From sequence record SRR31156797_2835: a DNA stretch of 64,000 nucleotides, one strand, 5' to 3'. Below the pieces are notes generated by a model, which made no database searches, was not told the DNA's origin, and was given only the letters and a program-made list of their open reading frames with translations. Both the position numbers and the translations under genes were made by a program. Of the stretch, positions 1 through 11,632 are shown in pieces (position 1 is the stretch's first letter; each line of letters begins with the position of its first letter).

Positions 1-954
1 ATCTGGTTCATGCGTGAATTCGGCCCCATGCATAAAGCTGAGGTCCGCGCCCGCACAGAAGGCAAAGTCATCGCTGACGACGCCACCCCCATGGCTGCTG
101 AAGAGTCTTCAAGCCTCGAACCCGTACCCGGTATAAAGCTTTCCATCTGGAATGCCATCATTCCCATCGGCACCCTGATTGTCACCGCCTTCCTCGGTTT
201 TTACTTCAACGGATATGGCGCCATCGACGATCCGGCTCTTCTGAAATCCATTCAGGCTTCTCCGCTGAGCTTCGCCTCCATGCGTGATTGCTTCGGTGCA
301 TCTGATGCCTCGGTGGTTCTGTTTCAAGCAGCACTCATCGCCAGTATGGTTGCCATCGGCATGGCTGTCGTAAAAAAGATTCTCCCCGTCAAGGAAGCCA
401 TTGAGACGTGGGTTACCGGCGTAAAATCCATGAACATCACCGCGGTCATCCTGCTCCTCGCATGGTCCCTGTCCGGCGTAATCAAGGAATTAGGCACCGC
501 AACCTATCTGGTCAACGTGCTTTCCGATACGCTGCCAGCCTTCCTGCTGCCGTCCATCATCTTCATACTCGGTTCTATCATCTCATTTGCAACCGGAACC
601 TCATACGGCACCATGGGTATCCTCATGCCGCTGGCCATCCCCTTGGCCTATGCGCTTCAGGCAGACCCGAATTACGTCATCCTGAACATCGGTTCAGTCC
701 TGACCGGCGCCATCTTCGGTGACCACTGCTCCCCCATCTCGGACACCACTATCCTGTCTTCCATGGGTTCCGCATGTGACCATATCGACCACGTCAAGAC
801 GCAGCTCGCCTACGCCTGTACCGTGGCCCTCATCGCCATTGTCGCCGGATACATTCCGGCAGGACTCGGCATGCCGGTCTACATCACCCTGCCTGTCGGT
901 ATCGCCCTCACCGGCCTCGCCGTCCGCTTCCTGGGCAAAAAGGTCGACGCATAG
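1..954 (+). CDS. Na+/H+ antiporter NhaC family membrane protein (5' truncated by window)
   Basis: Reading frame is open from position 1; multi-TM protein with NhaC-type motifs SFATGTSYGTMGI and GDHCSPISDTTILSS. Confidence 0.85.
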   Translation: MWFMREFGPMHKAEVRARTEGKVIADDATPMAAEESSSLEPVPGIKLSIWNAIIPIGTLIVTAFLGFYFNGYGAIDDPALLKSIQASPLSFASMRDCFGASDASVVLFQAALIASMVAIGMAVVKKILPVKEAIETWVTGVKSMNITAVILLLAWSLSGVIKELGTATYLVNVLSDTLPAFLLPSIIFILGSIISFATGTSYGTMGILMPLAIPLAYALQADPNYVILNIGSVLTGAIFGDHCSPISDTTILSSMGSACDHIDHVKTQLAYACTVALIAIVAGYIPAGLGMPVYITLPVGIALTGLAVRFLGKKVDA

Positions 955-971
955 TTTCGATCCATAATACT

Positions 972-1014
972 AAAAAAATCGCCCGACCAGTTTGACTGGT
1001 CGGGCGATTTTTTT
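972..1014. terminator. Bidirectional intrinsic terminator
   Basis: A7-TCGCCCGACCAGT-ttg-ACTGGTCGGGCGA-T7 perfect hairpin between convergent genes. Confidence 0.9.
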
Positions 1015-1034
1015 GAAACACTCAAAACAAAATA

Positions 1035-1514
1035 TCAAAAAGAATAACGGTAGTATTTCACATCCACACACATAACCGGAACTCTTTCCGGCAACTGTGC
1101 TTTGGTAATTTCCACAAATCCATTCTTCTCGTAAAAACGATGGGCAGCGTGATAGACGTCCACAGTGCCAAGGTAGATTTCTCGAACCCCCTTGTCTCTC
1201 GACCAATCAATCAAAGTCTGCATCAAAGCGGCCGCAACACCATATTCCTTGCCACGATATTCCTTTTTCACAAACATCTTGCGCAGGGCACACACGCCAT
1301 CACCGGTATCCAAAAGCGCAATGGTTCCCACCAGTTCATCACCTTCAAAAGCAAGCCAGAAGTTGCCCACTCCCTGCTGATAAAAATCCGGTATAGTTCG
1401 CAAATCCGGCTGTTGATCAGCAGATGTCTTCACGCCAAATTCGTTAATCTGAATAGTCGTGATGAGATTGACGATGGAATCTGTGTCGTGGTCAGAAAAA
1501 GGTATGATATGCAT
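1035..1514 (-). CDS. GNAT family N-acetyltransferase
   Basis: LRKMFVKKEYRGKEYG acetyl-CoA motif and AHRFYEKNGF; start moved to MHIIPF just after the holB stop. Confidence 0.85.
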   Translation of the reverse strand: MHIIPFSDHDTDSIVNLITTIQINEFGVKTSADQQPDLRTIPDFYQQGVGNFWLAFEGDELVGTIALLDTGDGVCALRKMFVKKEYRGKEYGVAAALMQTLIDWSRDKGVREIYLGTVDVYHAAHRFYEKNGFVEITKAQLPERVPVMCVDVKYYRYSF

Positions 1515-1519
1515 AATAA

Positions 1520-2365
1520 TTAAATCATTCGAGTTGCGACCCAATCCAGCACCATGGCCGGATTGACCGGCACCTGCGTATTCAAAGCTTCCTGAGCCTT
1601 ATCGAGCACTAGACCGATACGCCGAAGGGATATGAGATCATGAGAATTGGCAAGAGTTGAAGAAAGTGGCGACCCACACGAACCGGACATGGCCTCTCGC
1701 AACTCTCGCTGCATACCGAGCACCACCTGCATGGCAAGATGCTTGTCCACAGCTCCCTTGGTTGACGTCCGGGCAAACCAGCCGCGGCCTGTCTGCCAGA
1801 ATGCAACCAAAGCCTGCAACCATTCGGTAACTTCAGGCGTATTCTGTCGCACATCGGGCCAAGCCATGGTTACCACCCAAGACCGGGAAACCAATGTCTC
1901 CAAGAGCCGCTCACGTTGTGGAGCAGCAAGGACAAAGACATTGCCGGGACGAGGTTCTTCAAGAGATTTAAGCAATGCGTTGGCCGCCTCGGTCATGAAC
2001 ATCTGAGCCTCGGCAAAAATGGTCACACGATAGCCGTCACCATTGGGCGGTTGCCCCCAAGTGGAGCGCAGTTGACGCACAGGATCGACTTTAATCAGTC
2101 CTTCCCGGCCATCAAAGAAAAGAAGATCATTAAAGGCAAGATCCCCGATTTGTTTACACGCCGGGCATTGTCCACATGGGACAGAACCCGATGCACAATT
2201 AAGCCGCATGGCCCAATACAAAGCGAGGGCGACGCGGGAATCCGCGTCGCCACCTTCAATAACAATTGATTGAGGAGGATCGTGAGCAATGGCATTGAGG
2301 CGTTTCACCGCATGCTCGTACCCTGCGAGGGCAGCCAGCGGATCACCATTCAACATCATTGCCAT
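1520..2365 (-). CDS. holB: DNA polymerase III subunit delta'
   Basis: Zn motif C...PCGQCPAC, AANALLKSLEEP, LLETLVSRS; degenerate Walker A as expected for delta'. Confidence 0.85.
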   Translation of the reverse strand: MAMMLNGDPLAALAGYEHAVKRLNAIAHDPPQSIVIEGGDADSRVALALYWAMRLNCASGSVPCGQCPACKQIGDLAFNDLLFFDGREGLIKVDPVRQLRSTWGQPPNGDGYRVTIFAEAQMFMTEAANALLKSLEEPRPGNVFVLAAPQRERLLETLVSRSWVVTMAWPDVRQNTPEVTEWLQALVAFWQTGRGWFARTSTKGAVDKHLAMQVVLGMQRELREAMSGSCGSPLSSTLANSHDLISLRRIGLVLDKAQEALNTQVPVNPAMVLDWVATRMI

Positions 2366-2374
2366 CCACCCAAA

Positions 2375-3664
<1,290 letters not shown>

Positions 3665-3750
3665 TTAACGAACCGGCGTAAATTGCGCGCACAAACGGTT
3701 ATCTTCCGTAAGTATAAAGACGGGCGTCTGTCAACCGACAGAAATGGCAA

Positions 3751-4143
3751 TTACTTGGTATTTTTTGGGGTCAATGTCAGCAACTTGCCTCTTCGATCCT
3801 TCTTTTGTTCATCAGCAACAAGCTCTGGACCCATTTCATTTGCACCGGATTCAGGGTCAGCAATACGCTTTTCCGGCGAGGTCAAAGCAGCAAGATCTAT
3901 TTCGTGTGGAGCAGCATCCGGCATACGTGACTGCGCCCAATTATAATTAAAAAGTTGATTTTTCAAACGAGTAGACTGGATGAGGTTGAAGACCACCACG
4001 GACTCCTCCCATCGTTTGGTGGGTTCGAAATGGCGGACTTTTTCCGCATATTTCTCCCACAAGCTCATGAGTGAAGCCTCGTCAAAAGCATTGATTTGAC
4101 GCGCCAACTTCAAGAGCGCTTTTTCCATGTAACTTTCAGACAT
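3751..4143 (-). CDS. Hypothetical protein (helical N-domain, low-complexity C-tail)
   Basis: 130-aa ORF co-oriented with purA, natural composition, fills the intergenic space. Confidence 0.7.
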   Translation of the reverse strand: MSESYMEKALLKLARQINAFDEASLMSLWEKYAEKVRHFEPTKRWEESVVVFNLIQSTRLKNQLFNYNWAQSRMPDAAPHEIDLAALTSPEKRIADPESGANEMGPELVADEQKKDRRGKLLTLTPKNTK

Positions 4144-4239
4144 CGATTATCCTTGATTTATACAACAGCAATAGCTGGGATATACTCCATACCAAACATC
4201 CCGCCACCCCGCCAAGGCAAAATCTCGCTTGTTTTGCAC

Positions 4240-4279
4240 AAAAAAACAAGACCACCCGTACATCATACGAGTGATCTTG
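4240..4279 (-). terminator. Intrinsic terminator after the MCP gene
   Basis: Minus strand CAAGATCACTCGTA-tgatg-TACGGGTGGTCTTG followed by T7. Confidence 0.7.
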
Positions 4280-4354
4280 AACAATCGAATCTCAAACAGT
4301 CAGTTGCGGGCCGTCAAAAGACGACCCGCAAGGAGAGGCCTGACTCATTAAACA

Positions 4355-6022
4355 TTAGAACTTTTCAAAACCATCGTCATCCATATCCATGCTTATACCA
4401 CCCTCTTGAGAAGGTGTAGCCTGTGCGAGAGGCTTAGGCTGGGCTGCCTGAACCCGAGGAGCAGGACTCTGCGCGACGGATACTGTTGCAGCCTGGAAGG
4501 GCTCATGCCCACCGAGCTTGAAGAACTGCATTGAATTCTGCAACTGCACAGCCTGCGCAGACAATTCCTCTGCTGTCGATGCCAATTCTTCCGAAGCGGC
4601 CGCATTCTGCTGAATGACCTTATCCATTTCATGAATTGCAGAGGTCACCTGAGTGCCCCCTTCATTCTGTTCATTGGTGGCAGCAGAAATTTCCTGCACC
4701 AATTCCGCGGTCTTCTGGATATCCGGGACAATTTTCGACAACAATTCACCCGCCTCTTCAGCAACCTGCACACTAGACGATGACAGCTCGCTGATTTCCG
4801 AAGCAGAAGTGCCACTCCGTTCGGCCAACTTACGTACTTCAGCTGCAACCACAGCAAATCCCTTACCGTGTTCACCCGCTCGGGCGGCTTCAATGGCTGC
4901 GTTCAATGCCAACAGGTTCGTCTGTCGAGCAATATCTTCAATGATGGATATCTTTTCCGCAATCTGCTTCATGGCATCCACTGTCTTGGCGACAGCCTGT
5001 CCACCCTGTTCCGTGTCAGACGCAGCCTGATTGGTCATGGAATTGGTGGTCTGGGCGTTGTCGGCATTCTGACCGATGGACGATGTCATCTCTTCCATGG
5101 ATGCTGAAACTTCTTCAATGGAAGAAGCCTGTTCAGTCGCCCCTTGTGACAATTGCACTGAGGACGATGCCAACTCCTGACTCCCTGCAGTAACCTGCTC
5201 AGTCGCGGAACGGACATCAGTAACCACGCGACGCAATTCACGCAACATGTTCGCCATGGCTGAAGCCAACTGCCCAACCTCATCCTTACTACGGACAGAT
5301 ATATCAGCACTCAAATCACCATGAGCCATACGATTTGATGCTTCAACAGCTTCATTCAAGGGCACCGTCATGCTTCGAATGACAAACATGACGACAAGAA
5401 TAAGAATTCCCATTGATATCGCCGTTGGAATAAGAATCTGCCAACGCAAGGACGCAACCTGAGCTTCCACATCGTCAACATAGATTCCGCTTCCCACAAT
5501 CCATCCCCAAGGCTTGAACAATTTAACATAAGAAACCTTGGGTACAGGCTTAGTAGCTCCTTTCTTGGGCCAAGAATAATGCACAAAGCCTTCGCCGTCC
5601 TTACGGCTAACTTCAACCATTTCCCGGAAAAGATAAATACCGTCCTGATCTTTGACATCACCCACATTCTTACCGACAAGCGATGCATTGGATCCATGAG
5701 CCACGACAACTGGCTTCATATCATTAATCCAAAAATATTCATTTCCATGATATCTTGATTTTGTAATCTCTGCGATGGCGGCCTTCTGAGCCTCAGCCTT
5801 GGTCAAAGCACCGGAAGCGGCCTGCTCAGCCCAATATTGGACGGAACTATATGCCACATCCACAACACTTTTTGTTGCGACCTGCTTCTCTGCCATGAGG
5901 GAATCACTAACGACGGGAAGAAAATACCCCAAAAGCCCAAGAACAACCAAAGCAATAGCCCCCAAAAAGATACTGAGAATCTTGCTTCGCATGCTCCAAT
6001 CTCGGAATCGAAGTATAGTCAT
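4355..6022 (-). CDS. Methyl-accepting chemotaxis protein (Cache sensor, HAMP, signalling domain)
   Basis: TM-Cache(YFWIND...GWIVGSGIY)-[37 protein letters not shown]-terminal GFEKF pentapeptide; GGAGG SD before MTILRF. Confidence 0.95.
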   Translation of the reverse strand: MTILRFRDWSMRSKILSIFLGAIALVVLGLLGYFLPVVSDSLMAEKQVATKSVVDVAYSSVQYWAEQAASGALTKAEAQKAAIAEITKSRYHGNEYFWINDMKPVVVAHGSNASLVGKNVGDVKDQDGIYLFREMVEVSRKDGEGFVHYSWPKKGATKPVPKVSYVKLFKPWGWIVGSGIYVDDVEAQVASLRWQILIPTAISMGILILVVMFVIRSMTVPLNEAVEASNRMAHGDLSADISVRSKDEVGQLASAMANMLRELRRVVTDVRSATEQVTAGSQELASSSVQLSQGATEQASSIEEVSASMEEMTSSIGQNADNAQTTNSMTNQAASDTEQGGQAVAKTVDAMKQIAEKISIIEDIARQTNLLALNAAIEAARAGEHGKGFAVVAAEVRKLAERSGTSASEISELSSSSVQVAEEAGELLSKIVPDIQKTAELVQEISAATNEQNEGGTQVTSAIHEMDKVIQQNAAASEELASTAEELSAQAVQLQNSMQFFKLGGHEPFQAATVSVAQSPAPRVQAAQPKPLAQATPSQEGGISMDMDDDGFEKF

Positions 6023-6254
6023 AGCCCCTCCTAAGTTGAAAAGTTCCATAAAAATCAGAGAGTAAAGAAAAACATTCTCTTCAACCTGTCAATTTTCTCT
6101 AATTGAACAATACACTGTTTCAAACAAGATAAGTAGGAATATAATGCATTGGGGGATTATATATTTTAAATTGGCCCCTGTGAGGATTATTGCCGGTCGG
6201 AACAAGCTGTGATATGAACGCCACCTCACATGAGCACAACAGGGAGTTGATGAA

Positions 6255-7529
6255 ATGAGTGATTTGAAAAAAATGTACCATACCTTGCAGCAGGACCCAT
6301 TTCCGGCTGACATGAAACTGACTCTGGGCGATCAGGAATTGGTTTTCAAAAAACGCACTTGGGAAATCGAAGGCGAAACCAAGGGCTTGCGGTACGGCGA
6401 AAACCCGGATCAACCGGCAGCACTGTACGAACTGGCAAAAGGCCAACTTGAAGTTGGTGGCGTTAAATTTATCGGCCAAGGACAAGGACTTGTCTCCGCA
6501 TTGACCGAAGAACACATGCTTCAGGCAGGCAAGCACCCTGGCAAGACCAACTTGACCGACGTAGACAATGCCCTGAACATTTTGCAATATTTATCCGCCA
6601 AACCAGCCGCACTCATTCTCAAACACAACAACCCCTGTGGCGCAGCATGGACCGACGAAGGCGTATCCGTTGCCCTGAAACGTGCCTTTGAAGCAGATCG
6701 TATAGCAGCATTCGGTGGAGCTGTGGTCGTCAACCGCAAGCTTGATCTCGCCACTGCCGAGCTAATCAACTCCGTCTATTTTGAAGTGGTCGCTGCTCCT
6801 GAGTTCGACGAAGACGCCTTGGTCGAACTTAAAAAGAAAAAGAATCTTCGCATCCTCCAAATTCCCGGTATTACCGAGTTGGAAAGTCTGGTCCAGAGTC
6901 CGTTTTTGGATATCAAATCCCTGTCGGACGGTGGCATGGTTGTTCAATTTTCCTTCCGCAACGCTATCCTCAAGACCGAAGATTTCATTCCGGCCACTGC
7001 GGAAAAAGACGGCAATCAGTTCGTGGCTCGCGCTCCGAGCAAACAGGAAGCGGATGATCTGCTTTTTGCATGGGCAGTTGAAGCTGGCGTGACCTCCAAC
7101 TCCGTTCTGTTTGTTCGCGACGGCGTAACCACCGCCATCGGAACCGGAGAGCAGGACCGTGTCGGTTGTGTCCTTTTGGCCGTGACCAAGGCGTACATCA
7201 AATATTCCGACTTGTTGTCATCCAAAGAACTCGGCATGTCGCTGTTCGAATTGAAACTGGCGGCCATCAAGGACCCTGAAATGAAGGCAAAACTTGATGA
7301 TATCGAGAAACGCACCGAAGAAGCCCGGGGCGGACTGCCCGGATCTGTGGTGGTATCAGACGGATTCTTCCCATTCCGTGACGGCGTGGACCTGTGCATG
7401 GATCAAGGCGTGACCGCCATTGCTCAGCCCGGAGGCTCCATCCGCGACAACGAAGTGATTACAGCCGTAAACGAAGCCAGCCCACAAGTGGCCATGGTCT
7501 TCACAGGGCAGCGTTCCTTCAAGCACTAA
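6255..7529 (+). CDS. Stand-alone AICAR transformylase (C-terminal domain of PurH)
   Basis: LRYGENPDQ, LKHNNPCG, AFGGAVVVN, SDGFFPFRDG, QPGGSIRD, FTGQRSFKH; IMP cyclohydrolase domain absent. Confidence 0.9.
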   Translation: MSDLKKMYHTLQQDPFPADMKLTLGDQELVFKKRTWEIEGETKGLRYGENPDQPAALYELAKGQLEVGGVKFIGQGQGLVSALTEEHMLQAGKHPGKTNLTDVDNALNILQYLSAKPAALILKHNNPCGAAWTDEGVSVALKRAFEADRIAAFGGAVVVNRKLDLATAELINSVYFEVVAAPEFDEDALVELKKKKNLRILQIPGITELESLVQSPFLDIKSLSDGGMVVQFSFRNAILKTEDFIPATAEKDGNQFVARAPSKQEADDLLFAWAVEAGVTSNSVLFVRDGVTTAIGTGEQDRVGCVLLAVTKAYIKYSDLLSSKELGMSLFELKLAAIKDPEMKAKLDDIEKRTEEARGGLPGSVVVSDGFFPFRDGVDLCMDQGVTAIAQPGGSIRDNEVITAVNEASPQVAMVFTGQRSFKH

Positions 7530-7555
7530 TCAGTGTTATTACGTATTGAATAGAC

Positions 7556-7593
7556 AAGGCTTCGTCGAACAAGAAGTTCGGCGAAGCTTTTTT
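7556..7593 (+). terminator. Intrinsic terminator
   Basis: GCTTCGTCGAAC-aagaa-GTTCGGCGAAGC then T6. Confidence 0.75.
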
Positions 7594-7611
7594 CACGATA
7601 AACGGGGTGTC

Positions 7612-7887
7612 CTATTGTCGGCACCGATTACGATATAAGACTTTCATGACAAGAATTACGGACGTCAAAATCAGACTGACTCCATTGGTAAGAATCAACG
7701 CCACAGACTGCATGCTGATGCCGTAGTAAAGCCAAAGTACTATACCGAAACAAAGCAGCAGATACATACGCAAAGAGATATCTTCCACGGACTTGGTCCG
7801 CCATGTTCGAACCACCTGTGGCAAAAATGAAAACGTGGTACAAAAGCCAGCGATCAAACCGATTATTTCAATGGGTGTTATATGCAT
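7612..7887 (-). CDS. SemiSWEET / PQ-loop family transporter
   Basis: 91 aa, 3 TMs, TTFSFLPQV and DISLRMY...LWLYYG...N motifs. Confidence 0.9.
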   Translation of the reverse strand: MHITPIEIIGLIAGFCTTFSFLPQVVRTWRTKSVEDISLRMYLLLCFGIVLWLYYGISMQSVALILTNGVSLILTSVILVMKVLYRNRCRQ

Positions 7888-7977
7888 GTGTCACTATTAC
7901 GCGCACACTCTTACCCTGACAACCTTTTCATGATATCCAAGCCGTTACATTGATAAATAAACACAATAAATAATTAC

Positions 7978-10032
7978 ATGGTAAAAAAAACGACTTTCAA
8001 TCCAACAGTTCGCCCCGGTACAGTGGTGGAATTCATGCACGGCGACCAGCCGCAACTAGCTTGGGTGCTGGAAGAAGCATCCGGTAAACTTCGCCTACTG
8101 ACCATCAACAAACGGGAAATGAAACTCCCCGCCGCTCGTCTTTTGCCGTGGTGTGGACCGATGCTCTCCGCTGACGTTTCCCGTCAGGATATCCAAAACA
8201 CACTCAATGAACATCAGGCAGCGCGAGGAGAAATTCTGGCAGGCCTTGATGTTATGGAACTCTGGGACCTCGCACAGGGAGAAATGGAAGCCGCTCCATT
8301 GTCATGGTTTGCCGATCTGCTTTGGGAAGACGCCACCCCCGATCAGTTGGCCGCATTGGGTTGTGCCATGCTCCAAGCCAAAACTCATTTCAAATTCCGG
8401 CCCCCGAATTTCGAAATCTGGTCAGCTGAAAAGGTTGCATTAAAAATGCAACAAAAGGCCGAAGAAAAGGCTCGTGAAGCCGTCACTTCCGCAGGTCAAA
8501 CACTCCTTCAGACTCTCTGGGCGGCATACAGTCAGGGACGCACGCCCAAGCTTCCGGCCATGGACCCGGAATTGGCTGCCAGCCTTGAACAAATACTCAA
8601 GCATAAGGTCGGCGACTCTCTCGACGAGACAGAACGTAAGGTGTGGACTGCCATCAGCAAAGGATTGCCCGACCAACAGCACCTAGCCCTGCTTTTGGCT
8701 CAAACCTGGGGCGTCTTGCCTCGCCACCACAACTATCATCTGGACGAAGCTGATTTTGCATGGGGCGACGACTGGTCAGAATCATACAGCAATGAAATCA
8801 AAGAGATAGAAGAACGATTTTCCAATCAATCAGAGCCATCAGAAATTGATGATTTCATTTCCATCGACGGCATTACTACCCGCGACATTGACGATGCCTT
8901 CCGCATAGAAAAAACCGACACAGGATACATCCTCTCTATTGCATTGGCTCGCCCCGATGCGCACTGGGAATTCGGTTCTCCGCTAGACAGGGCAGTGTTA
9001 TACCGTGCGACCAGCCTATATCTTCCCGAAGGCACCAGTCACATGATGCCCGAACAATTCGGTACAGGTCTCTACAGTCTGATTCAAGGCGAAACACGTC
9101 CTGCCATGATCGCAGACTTTACCTTGAACAACGAAGGCAAACTCCTATCTGTTTCGCCACGCACCGCCTGGATTAAGGTCAAGGCCAACATCACGTATGA
9201 AAGTGCTGACGCAGCCATTGCAAACGGCACGGATGAATCACTTGTTCTGGCGCATCAATTAGCTGAAAAACTGATCGAACACCGAATAGCATCCGGTGCA
9301 TGCGTCATCCGCAAGCCAGAACCAATTGTTACTGTGTCGGGTAAAGGCGCACAATCGTCTGTGGAGATCACCCTCAAAGAACCAAGCCCGCGTTCAGAAT
9401 TGGTCATCAGCGAATTCATGGTTCTGGCAAATTCCGGTCTCGCCTCATGGGCCAAGGAAAACGGTGTCCCACTCCTGCACCGCACCCAGGACATAGCCCT
9501 GCCGCAGGAATCCGCAGGAATTTTCACCGAACCAGCCGCCATTTTGCGCGCCGTGAAACTGCTTTTGCCCCCGACACTTGAGACCAACCCCAAGCGGCAT
9601 GCCGCTCTCGGCGTTCCAGCCTATGCCCCGATCACTTCGCCCCTGCGCCGCTACACCGATTTCATCAACATGTCTCAGGTATGTACTTATCTGACTGATG
9701 GCACACCCCGATTAAATAAAGAAGAATTAAATAAACTCATCATTCACTTGCGGATGCGCATCCAAGCAGTAAGCGCTGTTCAACGCTTCAGACCCCGTTA
9801 TTGGAAACTCGTATACCTCGCCAAACAGCGAAAAAAATTCCATTCCGCCGTCCTCGTGGAAGAAGCCGGCCCCATGGCAACACTGGCCATGCCGCACTTG
9901 CAGGTCAATGTGCGCGCCCCGAAAAAAATGCTTGGAGACAAGCTCTATCCGGGTCAGCAGTTCCAGATCAATTTCTCACGAATCGACCCACTGACCAACG
10001 AAATCAGACTGGGAGAAGCACTTGAAGAGTAG
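7978..10032 (+). CDS. RNB-domain exoribonuclease (RNase II/R family)
   Basis: Catalytic IDGITTRDIDDA, SEFMVLAN, TSPLRRYTD. Confidence 0.9.
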   Translation: MVKKTTFNPTVRPGTVVEFMHGDQPQLAWVLEEASGKLRLLTINKREMKLPAARLLPWCGPMLSADVSRQDIQNTLNEHQAARGEILAGLDVMELWDLAQGEMEAAPLSWFADLLWEDATPDQLAALGCAMLQAKTHFKFRPPNFEIWSAEKVALKMQQKAEEKAREAVTSAGQTLLQTLWAAYSQGRTPKLPAMDPELAASLEQILKHKVGDSLDETERKVWTAISKGLPDQQHLALLLAQTWGVLPRHHNYHLDEADFAWGDDWSESYSNEIKEIEERFSNQSEPSEIDDFISIDGITTRDIDDAFRIEKTDTGYILSIALARPDAHWEFGSPLDRAVLYRATSLYLPEGTSHMMPEQFGTGLYSLIQGETRPAMIADFTLNNEGKLLSVSPRTAWIKVKANITYESADAAIANGTDESLVLAHQLAEKLIEHRIASGACVIRKPEPIVTVSGKGAQSSVEITLKEPSPRSELVISEFMVLANSGLASWAKENGVPLLHRTQDIALPQESAGIFTEPAAILRAVKLLLPPTLETNPKRHAALGVPAYAPITSPLRRYTDFINMSQVCTYLTDGTPRLNKEELNKLIIHLRMRIQAVSAVQRFRPRYWKLVYLAKQRKKFHSAVLVEEAGPMATLAMPHLQVNVRAPKKMLGDKLYPGQQFQINFSRIDPLTNEIRLGEALEE

Positions 10033-10103
10033 ACACTCTTTTCATCTGCCGACAAAATCGATACAGTACGACCGCACACAGTGAAATTTCAGGAGAACTT
10101 TAC

Positions 10104-10694
10104 ATGGCTTTAATCATAGGCTCTTTAATCGCATACATCCTCGGCTCCATTCCTTTCGGACTGGTCATTGCCAAAACCCTCTGCAACCTCGACCCGCGCG
10201 AAGACGGAAGCAAAAACACCGGCGCAACCAATGTGGCCCGCTTATGCGGTACTAAATACGGAATCATGACCTTGGTTCTGGACGTGCTCAAAGGGATGCT
10301 CCCAGTACTGTTCGCCGCCACATGGATCGAGTCTCCACTGGCCCTGAGCGTTGTAGCACTGGCAGCCATTCTCGGTCATGTTTACTCCTGCTTCATGAAT
10401 TTCAAAGGCGGAAAGGCTGTTGCCACCACCGTAGGTGCATTTTTCGCACTGGCTCCATGGGCAACCGTTTTTTCCGCAGCCATGTGTCTCGCCATGGTTG
10501 CACTGACCGGTCATGTTTCTATGGGATCCCTGACGTTTGCCTTAGCCCTGCCTGTATTCATGATTTTGACCGGCAATTTCGGATATCTTCCCGTTGCCCT
10601 GATCGTCATGGTCATCCTGTTCTGGAGACATAAGGAAAATATCCGCAGACTGGCCCGCGGTGAAGAAAACCCCTGGATTAAACCCAAGGAATAG
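10104..10694 (+). CDS. plsY: Glycerol-3-phosphate acyltransferase PlsY
   Basis: YILGSIPFG, GSKNTGATNVAR, FKGGKAVAT, RHKENIRRL. Confidence 0.95.
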   Translation: MALIIGSLIAYILGSIPFGLVIAKTLCNLDPREDGSKNTGATNVARLCGTKYGIMTLVLDVLKGMLPVLFAATWIESPLALSVVALAAILGHVYSCFMNFKGGKAVATTVGAFFALAPWATVFSAAMCLAMVALTGHVSMGSLTFALALPVFMILTGNFGYLPVALIVMVILFWRHKENIRRLARGEENPWIKPKE

Positions 10695-10696
10695 AC

Positions 10697-11632
10697 ATGT
10701 TCTCCGACTCCCCCAAGCGGTACGCCATTTATTCCATCGGGGCGTCAATCCTGACCTTGGCTCTCAAATTCGGAGCTTGGGCCATGACGGATTCCGTGGG
10801 GCTGCTTTCGGATGCAACAGAATCTCTCGTCAATCTCACTGCGGGCGTCCTCGCCCTCACAGCTATCACCATCGCCATGCGTCCGGCGGATGACGAACAC
10901 GCTTACGGGCATGGAAAAGCTGAATATTTCTCCAGTGGCATAGAAGGTGTTCTCATCATCATAGCCGCGTTCGGTATAGGATATGCGGCCATCAGTCGCT
11001 TCCTTTCTCCACAACCATTGACCAACCTCGGTCCCGGCCTGATTCTCGCCCTGCTCTCATCCGTGGTCAATTATGTAGTTGCCAAAGTCATGCTCAGAGC
11101 CGCTCACCGCTTCGATTCAATCACATTGGAAGCGGACGCACGGCATCTATTGACTGATGTCTGGACATCAATTGGCTTGGTGGCCGGACTGGCGATCATC
11201 ATCGTCATGCCGGAATGGAAACTTCTCGATCCGATCATTGCGACGATCATGGCGATCAACATCGTTTTCACAGGTGTCAGTCTGCTCAAACGGTCGGTCG
11301 GTGGGCTTATGGATGATGCTCTACCCAAAAAAGAATTACAGATCATAGCAAACGCCATTCGCAGTTACACGGACAGCGATACGAGCTTTCATGGATTACG
11401 TACCCGCAAATCTGGTTCAAGGCGCTTCATAGACTTTCACCTGCTTGTGCCGGGTGACATGTCAGTCAAAGCGTCCCACGACCTTTGCGGTCTCATTGAA
11501 GAATTGATCCAATCGCAACTGTCCCGCGCAGAGGTCACCATTCACGTGGAACCACTGGAATGCGAATCGTCATATGACGGTTGGAAAGTCGGCGGCACAT
11601 GCGCCAAAAAAGTAAAAAATATCGAAGACTAA
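10697..11632 (+). CDS. Cation diffusion facilitator (FieF-like) metal transporter
   Basis: SDATES, HAYGHGKAEY, ADARHLLTD, C-terminal TIHVEP. Confidence 0.9.
   Translation: MFSDSPKRYAIYSIGASILTLALKFGAWAMTDSVGLLSDATESLVNLTAGVLALTAITIAMRPADDEHAYGHGKAEYFSSGIEGVLIIIAAFGIGYAAISRFLSPQPLTNLGPGLILALLSSVVNYVVAKVMLRAAHRFDSITLEADARHLLTDVWTSIGLVAGLAIIIVMPEWKLLDPIIATIMAINIVFTGVSLLKRSVGGLMDDALPKKELQIIANAIRSYTDSDTSFHGLRTRKSGSRRFIDFHLLVPGDMSVKASHDLCGLIEELIQSQLSRAEVTIHVEPLECESSYDGWKVGGTCAKKVKNIED

Noticed and set aside
6130-6254. ZTP (pfl) riboswitch upstream of the AICAR transformylase
   Set aside because: Consensus elements not found; a TTGCCG-17-TATGAA promoter leaves only a short leader
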